A stretch of 64,000 nucleotides of DNA from Candidatus Omnitrophota bacterium (GTDB lineage Bacteria; Omnitrophota; Gorgyraeia; Gygaellales; Profunditerraquicolaceae), in NCBI GenBank assembly GCA_028715785.1, contig JAQURC010000001.1, positions 76,766 to 140,765 of the forward strand, read 5' to 3'. The position numbers and the translations under genes were made by a program. Under the pieces are notes generated by a model, which had not been told where the DNA came from, did no database searches, and saw nothing but the letters and a program-made list of their open reading frames with translations. This document shows positions 1 to 9,472 of this stretch, one piece after another (position 1 is the stretch's first letter; each line of letters starts with the position of its first letter).

Positions 1-2
1 CC

Positions 3-101
3 GGCAAGCCTATGGGCAAGGTTATCCACGATTGCCTGATTGAGGCGGGGCGTTATATCGCCCAAAATGTACCGTTAAGTTATTATAACACCCCGCGCTA
101 A
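3..101 (+). CDS. 3' end (C-terminal ~32 aa) of an upstream gene truncated by the window edge; ends ...YYNTPR*
   Basis: Open frame 3 from the window start to TAA at 99-101. The last codons lie inside the first copy of the CACCCCGCGC repeat element. Confidence 0.4.
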   Translation, partial: GKPMGKVIHDCLIEAGRYIAQNVPLSYYNTPR

Positions 102-142
102 TAACGTATTGCGCGGGCCTGCCCTTTTGGGCAAAAATTAAG
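87..142 (+). repeat. Structured intergenic repeat, degenerate copy A
   Basis: AACACCCCGCGCTAATAACGTATTGCGCGGGCCTGCCCTTTTGGGCAAAAATTAAGG, upstream of the Thx-like ORF. Confidence 0.55.
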
Positions 143-150
143 GTGTAGAT

Positions 151-231
151 ATGGGAAAAAGAAAACGCAGGGGAAAGCTTAACTGGCGTTCCAAGAAAGC
201 TAATAAAGGCAGAAAACCTAACCTAGGTTAA
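151..231 (+). CDS. Very basic 26-aa protein MGKRKRRGKLNWRSKKANKGRKPNLG; putative ribosomal protein bTHX-like
   Basis: ATG at 151 with an AAGGTG RBS 8 nt upstream. Composition and the RRGK[IL]xWR pattern resemble Thx (GKGDRRTRRGKIWRG...). It is too short for the ORF track. Confidence 0.35.
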   Translation: MGKRKRRGKLNWRSKKANKGRKPNLG

Positions 232-241
232 ATTCCTGTAT

Positions 242-988
242 ATGGTTTTATTCTGGATCTTAGCCGGCACCTTCTTAGTCAGCCTTATATCCTTAGTGGG
301 AATTTTTACTCTGGCGCTAAAGGATGATCTGCTGCATAAACTCCTTTTTTGCCTCATTGGTTTCTCGGCAGGGGCGCTCATCGGCAGCGCCTTTTTGCAC
401 ATCCTTCCGGAATGTTTAGAAAACAATAAAAGCACCACAGTTTTTTCCTACCTGATCCTGGGAATCATAATTTTTTTCCTTATGGAGAGGTATTTACACT
501 GGAGGCATTGTCATGAGGAAGGCGGTGCTTGCCAGACCCATTCCTTTACTTATCTGAACCTGGTAGGGGACGGATTCCATAATTTTATTGATGGTATGGT
601 AATCGCCGCAAGTTTCATTGTTTCTTTAAAACTCGGGCTGGTCACGACTCTGGCAATTATACTGCATGAAATTCCCCAGGAGCTGTGCGATTTTGCCGTC
701 CTGGTTTACGGCGGTTTTACCAAGAGGAAGGCGCTTTTGTTTAATTTTGCTTCGGCGCTTATGGCGGTAATCGGGGCGGTTACAGGCTATTTTATAACCG
801 ATCTTAGCAAGAGTTTTTTGAATTTCATCCTTCCTTTTACCGCCGGCGGCTTTATTTATATCGCGACCAGCGATTTGATCCCGGAACTGCATAAAGAAAA
901 CGACCTTAAGCGCTCGACTGCCGCTTTTTTTGCCTTCTTGCTCGGTATAGTATTTATGGCGCTGGCAAAAAATTTCTTACCCGAGTAG
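242..988 (+). CDS. zupT: ZIP family divalent metal (Zn/Fe) transporter, ZupT-like
   Basis: HNFIDGMVIAASF and LHEIPQELCDFAVL ZIP signature motifs; multi-TM protein of 248 aa. Confidence 0.75.
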   Translation: MVLFWILAGTFLVSLISLVGIFTLALKDDLLHKLLFCLIGFSAGALIGSAFLHILPECLENNKSTTVFSYLILGIIIFFLMERYLHWRHCHEEGGACQTHSFTYLNLVGDGFHNFIDGMVIAASFIVSLKLGLVTTLAIILHEIPQELCDFAVLVYGGFTKRKALLFNFASALMAVIGAVTGYFITDLSKSFLNFILPFTAGGFIYIATSDLIPELHKENDLKRSTAAFFAFLLGIVFMALAKNFLPE

Positions 989-1000
989 TTATTATTTTAT

Positions 1001-1981
1001 ATGAAAATAAAAGCATTGGCTTTGATTTCCGGGGGCCTGGATAGTTTATTGTCGGCAAAGCTGGTCCATGACCAGGGAGTGGAGGTCATCGGGGTACATT
1101 TTAAAATCCCTTTTTGCAAGTTAAACATAAGAAAGGTTTTTCCCGATATCGGCATAGAAATAATCGAAGTTGACTTAAGCCAAGAGTTCCTTAAGCTCAT
1201 CGAAGAGCCCTGTTATGGCTTTGGCGCGAACATGAACCCTTGTATCGATTGCAAGATCCTTATGTTCAGCAAGGCCAGAGAGTTGATGAGCCGGATGGGA
1301 GCAAAATTCGTCATTACCGGTGAAGTGCTTGGACAGCGTCCGATGTCCCAGAATAAACAAGCCCTGAAGTTGATTAAGCGGCAAAGCGGGCTTGATGATT
1401 TATTGCTGCGCCCGCTATCGGCGAAGTTTTTTCCGCCCAGCCTGGCTGAAAAAGAGGGCTGGGTTAAAAGAGAAGAGCTGTTTAATTTTAACGGCCGCCG
1501 GCGCACTGCGCAGATGCAGCTGGCTAAAGACCTGGGGCTTCTAAAATACTCAACACCTGCCGGAGGGTGCCTGTTGACCGACCCTTGTTTTTGCAGGAGG
1601 CTGCAAGAGCTTCTGTCGCATAAAGAATTGGACCTGGATAATCTGGCGCTTTTAAAAGTAGGCAGGCATTTTCGCATAGGCAATAATGCCCGGCTTGTTG
1701 TCGGCAGAGAGAAAGATGAAAATGACCTGCTTATGCGTTTAGCCAGGCCGGGGGATTATTTGTTCGGCCCGCAAAAGGATCTGGCCGGGCCTACGGCATT
1801 AGCCAGGGGTCTAATTACTCCGGAATTAACTTTTTTAGCTTCAGAGATAACCTCTGCTTATACTGATGCCGTCGGCTTAAAAGAAATAGAGGTGCTCTAT
1901 CGGCAGGTCCCTGCGGCAAAAGATAATATGCATAAGATACTCCATGTGTCCAAAAGCAGGTTTGCGCATTTATTAATATGA
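1001..1981 (+). CDS. PP-loop ATP pyrophosphatase of the ThiI/MnmA/TtcA sulfurtransferase class with a C-terminal Cys-rich extension
   Basis: N-terminal SGGLDS PP-loop. NPCIDCKILMF resembles the MnmA NPCVRCNQFIKF motif. ITGEVLGQRPMSQ resembles the ThiI TGESLGQVASQ motif. Additional Cys cluster GGCLLTDPCFC. Confidence 0.6.
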   Translation: MKIKALALISGGLDSLLSAKLVHDQGVEVIGVHFKIPFCKLNIRKVFPDIGIEIIEVDLSQEFLKLIEEPCYGFGANMNPCIDCKILMFSKARELMSRMGAKFVITGEVLGQRPMSQNKQALKLIKRQSGLDDLLLRPLSAKFFPPSLAEKEGWVKREELFNFNGRRRTAQMQLAKDLGLLKYSTPAGGCLLTDPCFCRRLQELLSHKELDLDNLALLKVGRHFRIGNNARLVVGREKDENDLLMRLARPGDYLFGPQKDLAGPTALARGLITPELTFLASEITSAYTDAVGLKEIEVLYRQVPAAKDNMHKILHVSKSRFAHLLI

Positions 1982-2982
1982 AAGAAGCTTTACTTTATAC
2001 CCGGCTAGACGGCCTAAGCGTGCATTGCCAGCTCTGCGCGCATAGCTGTAAAATCCAGGAAGGTAAATTCGGTTTTTGCGGGGTACGGCAGAACATCGAA
2101 GGCGCCCTTTACACGCATAATTATGGCAAGCTGGTAGCGGTAAACATAGACCCGGTTGAGAAAAAACCGCTTTTTCATTTTCTTCCCGGGACAACCGCCT
2201 TTTCTATCGCCAGCGCGGGGTGTAATTTCCGCTGCGGCTTTTGCCAGAATTGGCAGATTTCCCAGCTGGATTTTATTAATCAGCAGCCTCCGGGAGAAGA
2301 TTTTAGCCCTGATAAGGTCGTAAAACTGGCTAAGCAGAATAATTGTAAAAGCATCGCTTATACTTATACCGAGCCGACGATTTATTTTGAGTTTGCTTTA
2401 GAGGCGGCGGTATTGGCCAAAAAAGCGGGACTGGCTAATATATTTGTTACCAACGGTTATATGAGCCCTCAAGCAATTGCTTTGCTCAAGCCATATTTAG
2501 ACGCCGCTAATGTGGATTTAAAGTTTTACAAGGAGAGTTCTTATCAGAAGATTTGCGCCGCAAAACTGGCGCCTGTTTTGGATTCTATCAAGCGGTTATA
2601 CGCTGCCGGAGTTTGGATTGAGATTACGACCTTGGTAATTCCCGGTGAAAATGATTCCCCGGAAGAATTATCCGGGATCGCGAAATTTATCGCCGGAATA
2701 AGTAAAAACATCCCCTGGCATGTTTCTGCTTTTCACGCGGATTATAAGTTTAGCGCTTATCCAAACACACCCGAACAGACTCTCAAGCTGGCCTATGATT
2801 TGGGCAAAAGCAGCGGGTTGCTTTATGTGTATGCCGGCAATGTTTATGGTTGGGGCCAGGATACTTCCTGCGGCCAATGCAAAAGGGCCGTTATTAAAAG
2901 AGAAGGGTTCGATATAACCGAGTCCAATCTTGCGGGCAATAAATGCGTATTTTGCCAGGCAGTCTTGCCCGGAGTTTTTTAG
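1978..2982 (+). CDS. AmmeMemoRadiSam-system-type radical SAM enzyme (PflA-like activase fold)
   Basis: N-terminal CQLCAHSCKI motif (C-x2-C-x-H-x-C) plus the radical SAM motif CNFRCGFCQNW. Overlaps the stop of the preceding PP-loop gene by 4 nt. Confidence 0.7.
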   Translation: MKEALLYTRLDGLSVHCQLCAHSCKIQEGKFGFCGVRQNIEGALYTHNYGKLVAVNIDPVEKKPLFHFLPGTTAFSIASAGCNFRCGFCQNWQISQLDFINQQPPGEDFSPDKVVKLAKQNNCKSIAYTYTEPTIYFEFALEAAVLAKKAGLANIFVTNGYMSPQAIALLKPYLDAANVDLKFYKESSYQKICAAKLAPVLDSIKRLYAAGVWIEITTLVIPGENDSPEELSGIAKFIAGISKNIPWHVSAFHADYKFSAYPNTPEQTLKLAYDLGKSSGLLYVYAGNVYGWGQDTSCGQCKRAVIKREGFDITESNLAGNKCVFCQAVLPGVF

Positions 2983-3157
2983 TTTGAGTTGATTTTCTAG
3001 GCTAAAATTGGGCTAAAGATTAGTATTGACAGCCTTAACCGCCGGGTTTAAAATAATTTAGAAACTTAAGCTAACTTACAATTGTCCTTATAAATAAAAC
3101 AATAAAGGCATATACTTTCACGGCCTAAATTGGCGCCTTAAAGGGCGCCAAAAAATT

Positions 3158-3832
3158 ATGGTAGATAAAAATAACCGGCTTGACCCTAAAAAGTGCATTG
3201 TTTTTTTTGATTTTGACAATACCATCGCCACCTGCGATGTTTTTGATAATATGCTTTTGCTTTTTTCCAAAGATGACCGCTGGGTGGAACTGGAGAAAAG
3301 ATGGAAGAGCGGCAGGATCGGCTCAAAGACCTGCCTGGAGGGCCAGCTCCGCGGCATGGATTTAAGTAACAAGACGCTGGATGCCTATCTGCCCAAGATA
3401 AAACTGGATCCTTATTTTAAGCAGGTTTATAAGTTTCTGCAGGCCAAAAAAATCAAAGCCTTTGTTTTGAGCGATAACTACGACTACATAATTAACCGGG
3501 TTTTAAAGATCAACCGCATAAACAAACTTAAAGTTTACGCCAATAAGTTGCGTTTTTCCAAGGGCGAAGTGATTACGGAATATCCTTTCAAGGATAAAGA
3601 CTGCCAGATCTGCGCGCATTGTAAAACAAAAAACCTTCTGGAAAAAGCGCCCAAAAATTCCACAATAATTTATGTCGGCGACGGTGAATCCGATGCCTGC
3701 CCGGCAAAATACGCCCAGGTTGTATTTGCCAAGGACCATCTGCTCCGGCATCTCAAAGAAAGCAAGCTGGATTACATGGCTTTTAATAACCTAAAAGACG
3801 TGCTTATTTATTTAAAAAGGAAACTGATATGA
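3158..3832 (+). CDS. HAD-IB family phosphatase, MtnX-like
   Basis: DFDNTIA HAD motif I, a GDGESD motif, and a CQICAHCK Cys cluster as in MtnX-type phosphatases. Confidence 0.55.
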   Translation: MVDKNNRLDPKKCIVFFDFDNTIATCDVFDNMLLLFSKDDRWVELEKRWKSGRIGSKTCLEGQLRGMDLSNKTLDAYLPKIKLDPYFKQVYKFLQAKKIKAFVLSDNYDYIINRVLKINRINKLKVYANKLRFSKGEVITEYPFKDKDCQICAHCKTKNLLEKAPKNSTIIYVGDGESDACPAKYAQVVFAKDHLLRHLKESKLDYMAFNNLKDVLIYLKRKLI

Positions 3833-5244
3833 GCCCAAAACAGTTGACCAAAACAGCTAAAAACAAAAAGGTTTTTACCCGGGATGAACTTTTGGACCTT
3901 GAGGCAAGATACTGTTCATGGGGGGATACGGTGCATTATGCCGAGAAGCTCGATATATTTAAGAGCGCTCAAGGCAGCTATCTTTATGACCGCCAGGGCA
4001 CGGAGTATTTGGATTTACAGATGTGGTATTCGGCGGTTAATTTCGGTTACCGGAATGTGCGTTTGAATGAGGCCCTAAAAAAACAGATCGATACCCTGCC
4101 GCAGCTGGCTTGCCAGTATCTGCACGAGGAGAAGATCCATCTGGCTGCAAAATTAGCGCAGAAAAACCAGTGTACCTTCGAAGAAAAAGGGAGGATCCAT
4201 TTTAATGTCGGAGGCTCAAGCGCCCTGGAAGATTCATTAAAGTTAGTGCGCAATCATACCGGCAGGAGCCTGGTTTTTGCTTTTATGGGCGGCTATCACG
4301 GCAGGACGCTGGCGGCTTCGGCGATCACCTCAAGCTTCAGGTACAGGGAACGCTTCGGCCATTTCGGCGACCGGGCGATGTTTGTGCCTTATCCTTATTG
4401 TTTCAGGTGCCCGTATGATAAAAAAAGGGATTTTTGCGATTTATATTGCCTCAAGCAATTTGAAAGGCTTTTTGAGACCGAATATTATTCGGTGGTAAAC
4501 AAGAAGAATAACAAATGTGAATTTGCCGCCTTCTACGCCGAAGCAATCCAGGGCACCGGCGGTTATATTGTCCCGCCCCAGGAATATTATGCGGGATTAA
4601 AAAACATCTTGGACCGTTACGGGATCCTTTTTGTCGACGATGAGATACAGATGGGGTTTTTCCGCACGGGTAAGTTCTGGGCGATCGAGCATTTTAATAT
4701 TACTCCGGATATAATCGTTTTTGGCAAGGCGCTGACCAACGGGTTAAATCCCATCAGCGGAGTCTGGGCTAAAGAGAAGCTTATTTCACCGGATGTTTTT
4801 CCCCCGGGCTCAACCCACGCTACATTTTCATCCAATCCTCTGGGCACTGCCGCCGGCCTGGAAGTGATGAAATTGATCGAGGAATCCGATTTTTCTGCCT
4901 CGGTCCCCAAAAAAGGCCGCTATTTTATCGCCCAGCTTAAGAAATTACAGAAAAAATATCCGCAGATCGGCGATGTGGACGGAATTGGCCTGGCCTTAAG
5001 GGTAGAGATATGCGAAAAGGACGGCTATACTCCGAATAAGGAGCTTACCGATAAGATCGTGAACCTGGGATTAAGCGGATCCTTGAATGTCAGGGGAAAG
5101 CGCCGGGGCCTGATCCTGGATGTGGGAGGCTATTATAAAAATGTCTTTACCATCGCCCCGTCATTTTATATCACCGAAGAAGAGATCGACCTGGGGGTTG
5201 AGCTTTTTGAAGAGGCCTTAAACAGGGCGCTTAAAAAATCATAA
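3829..5244 (+). CDS. Class-III (omega) PLP-dependent aminotransferase
   Basis: 471 aa with typical AT-III features (GGSSALE..., FGK lysine region FGKALTNG). Start overlaps the upstream stop. Confidence 0.7.
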   Translation: MSPKQLTKTAKNKKVFTRDELLDLEARYCSWGDTVHYAEKLDIFKSAQGSYLYDRQGTEYLDLQMWYSAVNFGYRNVRLNEALKKQIDTLPQLACQYLHEEKIHLAAKLAQKNQCTFEEKGRIHFNVGGSSALEDSLKLVRNHTGRSLVFAFMGGYHGRTLAASAITSSFRYRERFGHFGDRAMFVPYPYCFRCPYDKKRDFCDLYCLKQFERLFETEYYSVVNKKNNKCEFAAFYAEAIQGTGGYIVPPQEYYAGLKNILDRYGILFVDDEIQMGFFRTGKFWAIEHFNITPDIIVFGKALTNGLNPISGVWAKEKLISPDVFPPGSTHATFSSNPLGTAAGLEVMKLIEESDFSASVPKKGRYFIAQLKKLQKKYPQIGDVDGIGLALRVEICEKDGYTPNKELTDKIVNLGLSGSLNVRGKRRGLILDVGGYYKNVFTIAPSFYITEEEIDLGVELFEEALNRALKKS

Positions 5245-5253
5245 GAATCCACT

Positions 5254-6183
5254 ATGCTGGATAAAGGCACCCGCGTTTTGAATTTCGATAACAGCATTAT
5301 TGCCCAACCCAAACTCCTTAGCCGCTATCCGGCAGAAATTATTGATTTTACAGACTTGGCTCCTTCTGCCCGGCTTTATATCTCAAGGGCCCTGCGCGGG
5401 AAAATCCTGGATTCTCTTGCCCCGGGAGAAAAAAAATATCCTGTTTTTCTGGGCTCAGGTGATTTTCATCATATCAGCGAAATATTAATCAGCCAAATTA
5501 ATGAGCCTGCCTGTTTGATCGTATTTGATTTCCATCCGGACTGGGATGTCCTGCCTCCCCGTTTTGCCTGCGGCTCCTGGGTAAGCGAGGCTCTAAAAAA
5601 CAAAAATATTTCTAAATGCATACTTATCGGCGCCGGCTCCGATGATTTATCCAGCCCGGCATTACAGACGGCCAACCTTGGCGCTTTGGCCGGTAATCGC
5701 CTGGAGGTTTATCCTTACAGCCATAAACCAGCTAGCGTTTATTTCAGGGGCGTTGCGCAAAACCGCTCGATTACGGTCCAAAAAGGAATTTTTTCAAATA
5801 AAATCATCTGGCACCAGTTGGAGAAAGAGGACTTAACCGCCTTTACCCTGGGATTGATCAAGGGCCTGCCCGAGCGAAAAGTTTATATCTCAATCGATAA
5901 AGATTGCCTAAAAAAAGATTTTGCCTTGACCAATTGGGAAGAAGGCCTTTTGCGTCTGGACCAACTCTTGGCCATGCTGAAGCTGATGCGGGAAAATTTG
6001 GATATAATTGGTTTAGATGTGGCAGGCGACTATTCTGTCCCGCTGGTTTTAAACAAAATAAAGTCGGTTATTTCAAGGCTGGATCATCCTAAAAAATTTT
6101 CTGCAAAAAATTACCCTGCTGATTTGATTTCTTCGGTAAATGAACAAACTAACCTTATGATCCTTGCCGAGGTCTTTCCCTAA
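5254..6183 (+). CDS. Divergent arginase/agmatinase (ureohydrolase) family protein
   Basis: Degenerate ureohydrolase metal-binding motifs GSGDFHHIS, DFHPDWD and SIDKDCL. Confidence 0.4.
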   Translation: MLDKGTRVLNFDNSIIAQPKLLSRYPAEIIDFTDLAPSARLYISRALRGKILDSLAPGEKKYPVFLGSGDFHHISEILISQINEPACLIVFDFHPDWDVLPPRFACGSWVSEALKNKNISKCILIGAGSDDLSSPALQTANLGALAGNRLEVYPYSHKPASVYFRGVAQNRSITVQKGIFSNKIIWHQLEKEDLTAFTLGLIKGLPERKVYISIDKDCLKKDFALTNWEEGLLRLDQLLAMLKLMRENLDIIGLDVAGDYSVPLVLNKIKSVISRLDHPKKFSAKNYPADLISSVNEQTNLMILAEVFP

Positions 6184-7043
6184 GCTTTATATTTTTCAAA
6201 AAAATCCGCTGTTATCTGCGCGACTTTATCTCTTTCCTGGTCCGCGGTAATAATGTGATAAGAATTTTCCAGAAAGAATATTTCTTTTTCCCGGGAGTTC
6301 ACGTGGTCGCGGATATAGAAAGAGTTCTTGGGGCTGGTTACGTCATCATCCCTGGCCTGCATCAGCTGGATAGGAGTGGTTATATTTTTAAGTATGGAGA
6401 TTACTTTTTTTGAGAGCAGGTAATTTTGATACATGCAGGCAACCGGGATTACCGGATAACCGTAAAGGTGGACCTTGCTGTAATCGAAGAGCCCGGCTTC
6501 CTTGTAAAAATTTTCTATTTTTGACCTTAAGCGCTCATTTTTTATCCCGTAAGGGTATTCTTCTTTGAAGTAGAGCCAGTATTTTAACGGCATCCTGTAA
6601 ACTATGGGTAAAAGCATCCTGGATTTAGGGTTGCCCCATCCGTCAAAAAATAGCGTGGGGGAAAAGCAGTTCAGCGCCTTTACTTTTTTAGGGAATTCAT
6701 AAGCAAGCAGGATCCCGATCAGGGCGCCAAAAGATAATCCGGCTACGAAGATATTTTCATGCTTATCGGCGTATTTAATAAATTCATCGCGTACGGAGCG
6801 ATAAAGTTCTTGCCAGGATGTCCGTTTAAGGCAGGAGATGGATTTATTGTGATTGGCCATAAGCGGGGCTGCCACGGAAAATCCCTGTTTATTCAGGCGC
6901 TGGGCGATTGAGCTCATTTCTTTGGCCGTGCCGGTAAGCCCATGAATCAGGAAGCAGAGATTTTTGTCTCCGGGCAGGAAAAAGCCGGTATCAGGTATAT
7001 CGGTAATCGAACGCCGGTCTTCTTTTAGTGAAAAAATTACCAT
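6180..7043 (-). CDS. Alpha/beta hydrolase (esterase/lipase-like)
   Basis: GLSFG nucleophile elbow (GxSxG), HGLTG oxyanion region; 287 aa. Confidence 0.6.
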   Translation of the reverse strand: MVIFSLKEDRRSITDIPDTGFFLPGDKNLCFLIHGLTGTAKEMSSIAQRLNKQGFSVAAPLMANHNKSISCLKRTSWQELYRSVRDEFIKYADKHENIFVAGLSFGALIGILLAYEFPKKVKALNCFSPTLFFDGWGNPKSRMLLPIVYRMPLKYWLYFKEEYPYGIKNERLRSKIENFYKEAGLFDYSKVHLYGYPVIPVACMYQNYLLSKKVISILKNITTPIQLMQARDDDVTSPKNSFYIRDHVNSREKEIFFLENSYHIITADQERDKVAQITADFFEKYKA

Positions 7044-7053
7044 ATTTCCTTTC

Positions 7054-8274
7054 TTAAATTTCTTTTAGTTTATTGATTATATTCTTCAGGTCAGTTTCTT
7101 TTAAAAAGCCGCTGGTGCTTAAGGTCATTGTTCTTTCTGCCAGCAGGCGGCTATTCGGGCAATCCGCAGCCGGGATAATATTTTTTAAATAAGCGTAATC
7201 TGTAATAGCGTGCAAGTATACCCTGGATATTCCCAGTCCGGAATTACTGAAAGCCTGCAGGGCCAAATCTCTTTTTTGCCGGTCATTAAAAATAAGGGTT
7301 AAATACGGGTAGCTTGCTTTTGTTTGCGGTAGTTCAGTGATAGGCTTAACCCCTGGAATATCGGTCAACCCTTTTAGATAAATACCCGCTTTTTTCCTCT
7401 GCTCATTTATTCTTTCGTTTAAGTACGGGAAATTGAGATGCCCGATATATTCCCTAAAAGTTGAAACCCTGTGCACGGGGAAATCAGGATCAAAATATTC
7501 TCCCATTGCCCTTATCGGATCATTGCGTATCCGCCAGAATATCTGGGGGAGCCTGAAGGCAAACCAAAACAACCCCGGCCGGTAAAAAATGCCATAAGCA
7601 AAAAGCTCGGCGATTTTTAGGCATTCGGACCGGCCATCCCGGTTCATAATTTCTTCGAAGGTCTCTTTTAAAATCCGGGCATGCTCGGGCCGGTTGGCTA
7701 CGGCTATGCCGCCTTCATAGATACTCAGCCCTTTGCCCCGGCAGAGGCTAAAGAATGAAAATTCTCCCCAAGAACCTGTTTTTTTACCGCGGTATTGTGC
7801 GCCTAAACTCTGCGCGCAATCTTCGATAATAAAAGCATCCTTGGCTTGGGCGATCTCTCTTAATGCGTCAAGATCTATCGGCAGGCCTCCAATATGGCCG
7901 GCTAATATCGCCAAAATATCGTGGTCCTCTTTACAAATACTCTTAAGTTTATTTATATCAAAATCAAAGTTAAACGCGTTTGTATCGCAGGCCTTGATAT
8001 TAAGGCCTGCCCTTTTAATCGCCAAAGGTATCAACGGGCAGATAAAAGCCGGGATAATTACGGTTTTTTTGCCGGAAAGTTTTTTCAGGGTTTCCAGGAT
8101 CAGGTAGAATGCGGCGGTCCCCGAATAAGTAAGCAAGGCGCTTGATGCGCCAAGGTAGTTTTTAAAGTCTTCTTCCAATAATCCCGCGGGGTGTTTTTTA
8201 AAAGAGGAGAAGATCAAACTTTTGATTGTCAGCGGCCAACCCGCGGTTGGCGGGATCTCTCGTAGGATGCTCAA
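7054..8274 (-). CDS. DegT/DnrJ/EryC1/StrS family PLP-dependent sugar aminotransferase (ArnB/PglE-like)
   Basis: 406 aa with DegT-family organisation; same strand and 10 bp from the downstream hydrolase. Confidence 0.7.
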   Translation of the reverse strand: MSILREIPPTAGWPLTIKSLIFSSFKKHPAGLLEEDFKNYLGASSALLTYSGTAAFYLILETLKKLSGKKTVIIPAFICPLIPLAIKRAGLNIKACDTNAFNFDFDINKLKSICKEDHDILAILAGHIGGLPIDLDALREIAQAKDAFIIEDCAQSLGAQYRGKKTGSWGEFSFFSLCRGKGLSIYEGGIAVANRPEHARILKETFEEIMNRDGRSECLKIAELFAYGIFYRPGLFWFAFRLPQIFWRIRNDPIRAMGEYFDPDFPVHRVSTFREYIGHLNFPYLNERINEQRKKAGIYLKGLTDIPGVKPITELPQTKASYPYLTLIFNDRQKRDLALQAFSNSGLGISRVYLHAITDYAYLKNIIPAADCPNSRLLAERTMTLSTSGFLKETDLKNIINKLKEI

Positions 8275-8345
8275 ATTTTAATTCCTTTTCTGTTATCCAA
8301 TTTATCTATTTTATGCTAAAATAAACGGAAATTCAAGCTAACTCT

Positions 8346-9467
8346 ATGCCTAAAATCAGCTGCCGGGTATTTGATAATATAAACAGGATCGACGAAAAAG
8401 ATTGGGATGCTGTTTTCGGGGATATCCCGGAGGGCTATCCTTTTTATAAGGCGTTGGCTAATTCCGAACTTCCCGATTTTGCATTTTATTATTTGGTTAT
8501 TTATCGCGATGCCGAAGTTGTGCTTATTGCCCCGTTATTCAGCGCTGATTTTAACCTGGATATTGCCGTAGAAGGCCGGGTTTCCAAAGTCATTAAATTT
8601 ATCCGTAAATTTTTTCCGCGTTTTTTGATTTTAAAGACGCTTTTTTGCGGCACGCCTTTCGGAGAGTATGGGGTTTTGGGGATCAGGCAGGATTTCCAGG
8701 ATGACCCCGGGGCCATCCCGTTGTTATTAGCGGGCATAAAAGATTTAGCCGTTAAAATCAATGCCCCGCTGGTAATTTTTAAGGATTTTTTAAAGCAGGG
8801 CACGCTGTTTTTAGATGCTTTAACCCGGCAAGGGTATTCTAAAGTAAAAAGTTTTCCCACCGTACTTTTGGATCTTAATTTTGCCTCTTTTGAAGATTAT
8901 CTTAAAAGCTTAGGGAGCTCTACCCGCAAGAGTTTAAAGAAGAAGCTAAAACAGGCATACAGCCGGGGCAGGATAGAGGTTAAGGTGTACCAAGATATTA
9001 ACGGCCAGATTGACCAGATCGCCAAACTTTATGAAAATACTTACCGCGAAGGCCCGACTAAATTTGAGCGCTTAAACCAGAAATTTTTTCTGCAGGCCGC
9101 CCATGATCTATATCCGCATACCCGTTTTTTCCTCTACTATGTGGACGGTAAATTGGCCGCCTTTAATCTTTGTTTTGTCTATCGGGATTTACTTATTGAT
9201 AAATTCATCGGTTTCGACTATGATGTATCCAATTATTACCATTTATATTTTGTCAGCTGGGCTTATAATATCAGATGGTGCATAGATAATTCCCTGCGTT
9301 ATTATCATCCGGGCCAGACCGATTATGAACCCAAGATCAGGCTTGGCGGCGAGATTATCCCGCTTTACGCTTACTTAAAACATAAAAACATATTTTTTAA
9401 TCTGCTGCTCAAATTACTCATTCCAATTTTTAAGCCTGAGAATTTTGATGAGTATATCGGGGAGTAA
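8346..9467 (+). CDS. GNAT-fold FemAB/BioF2-like acyl(aminoacyl)transferase
   Basis: 373 aa with overall similarity to the FemAB-like Acetyltransf_6 family; divergent from the DegT gene. Confidence 0.4.
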   Translation: MPKISCRVFDNINRIDEKDWDAVFGDIPEGYPFYKALANSELPDFAFYYLVIYRDAEVVLIAPLFSADFNLDIAVEGRVSKVIKFIRKFFPRFLILKTLFCGTPFGEYGVLGIRQDFQDDPGAIPLLLAGIKDLAVKINAPLVIFKDFLKQGTLFLDALTRQGYSKVKSFPTVLLDLNFASFEDYLKSLGSSTRKSLKKKLKQAYSRGRIEVKVYQDINGQIDQIAKLYENTYREGPTKFERLNQKFFLQAAHDLYPHTRFFLYYVDGKLAAFNLCFVYRDLLIDKFIGFDYDVSNYYHLYFVSWAYNIRWCIDNSLRYYHPGQTDYEPKIRLGGEIIPLYAYLKHKNIFFNLLLKLLIPIFKPENFDEYIGE

Positions 9468-9472
9468 AAGCG

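Noticed and set aside
626-892. Minus-strand 88-aa ORF inside the ZIP transporter gene (and the many similar antisense ORFs in the track, e.g. 1213-1683, 4047-4253, 45492-46016, 50744-51069)
   Set aside because: They lie fully within well-supported genes on the opposite strand, lack RBSs and have low-complexity or Arg/Ser-rich composition typical of antisense frames of GC-moderate coding DNA.
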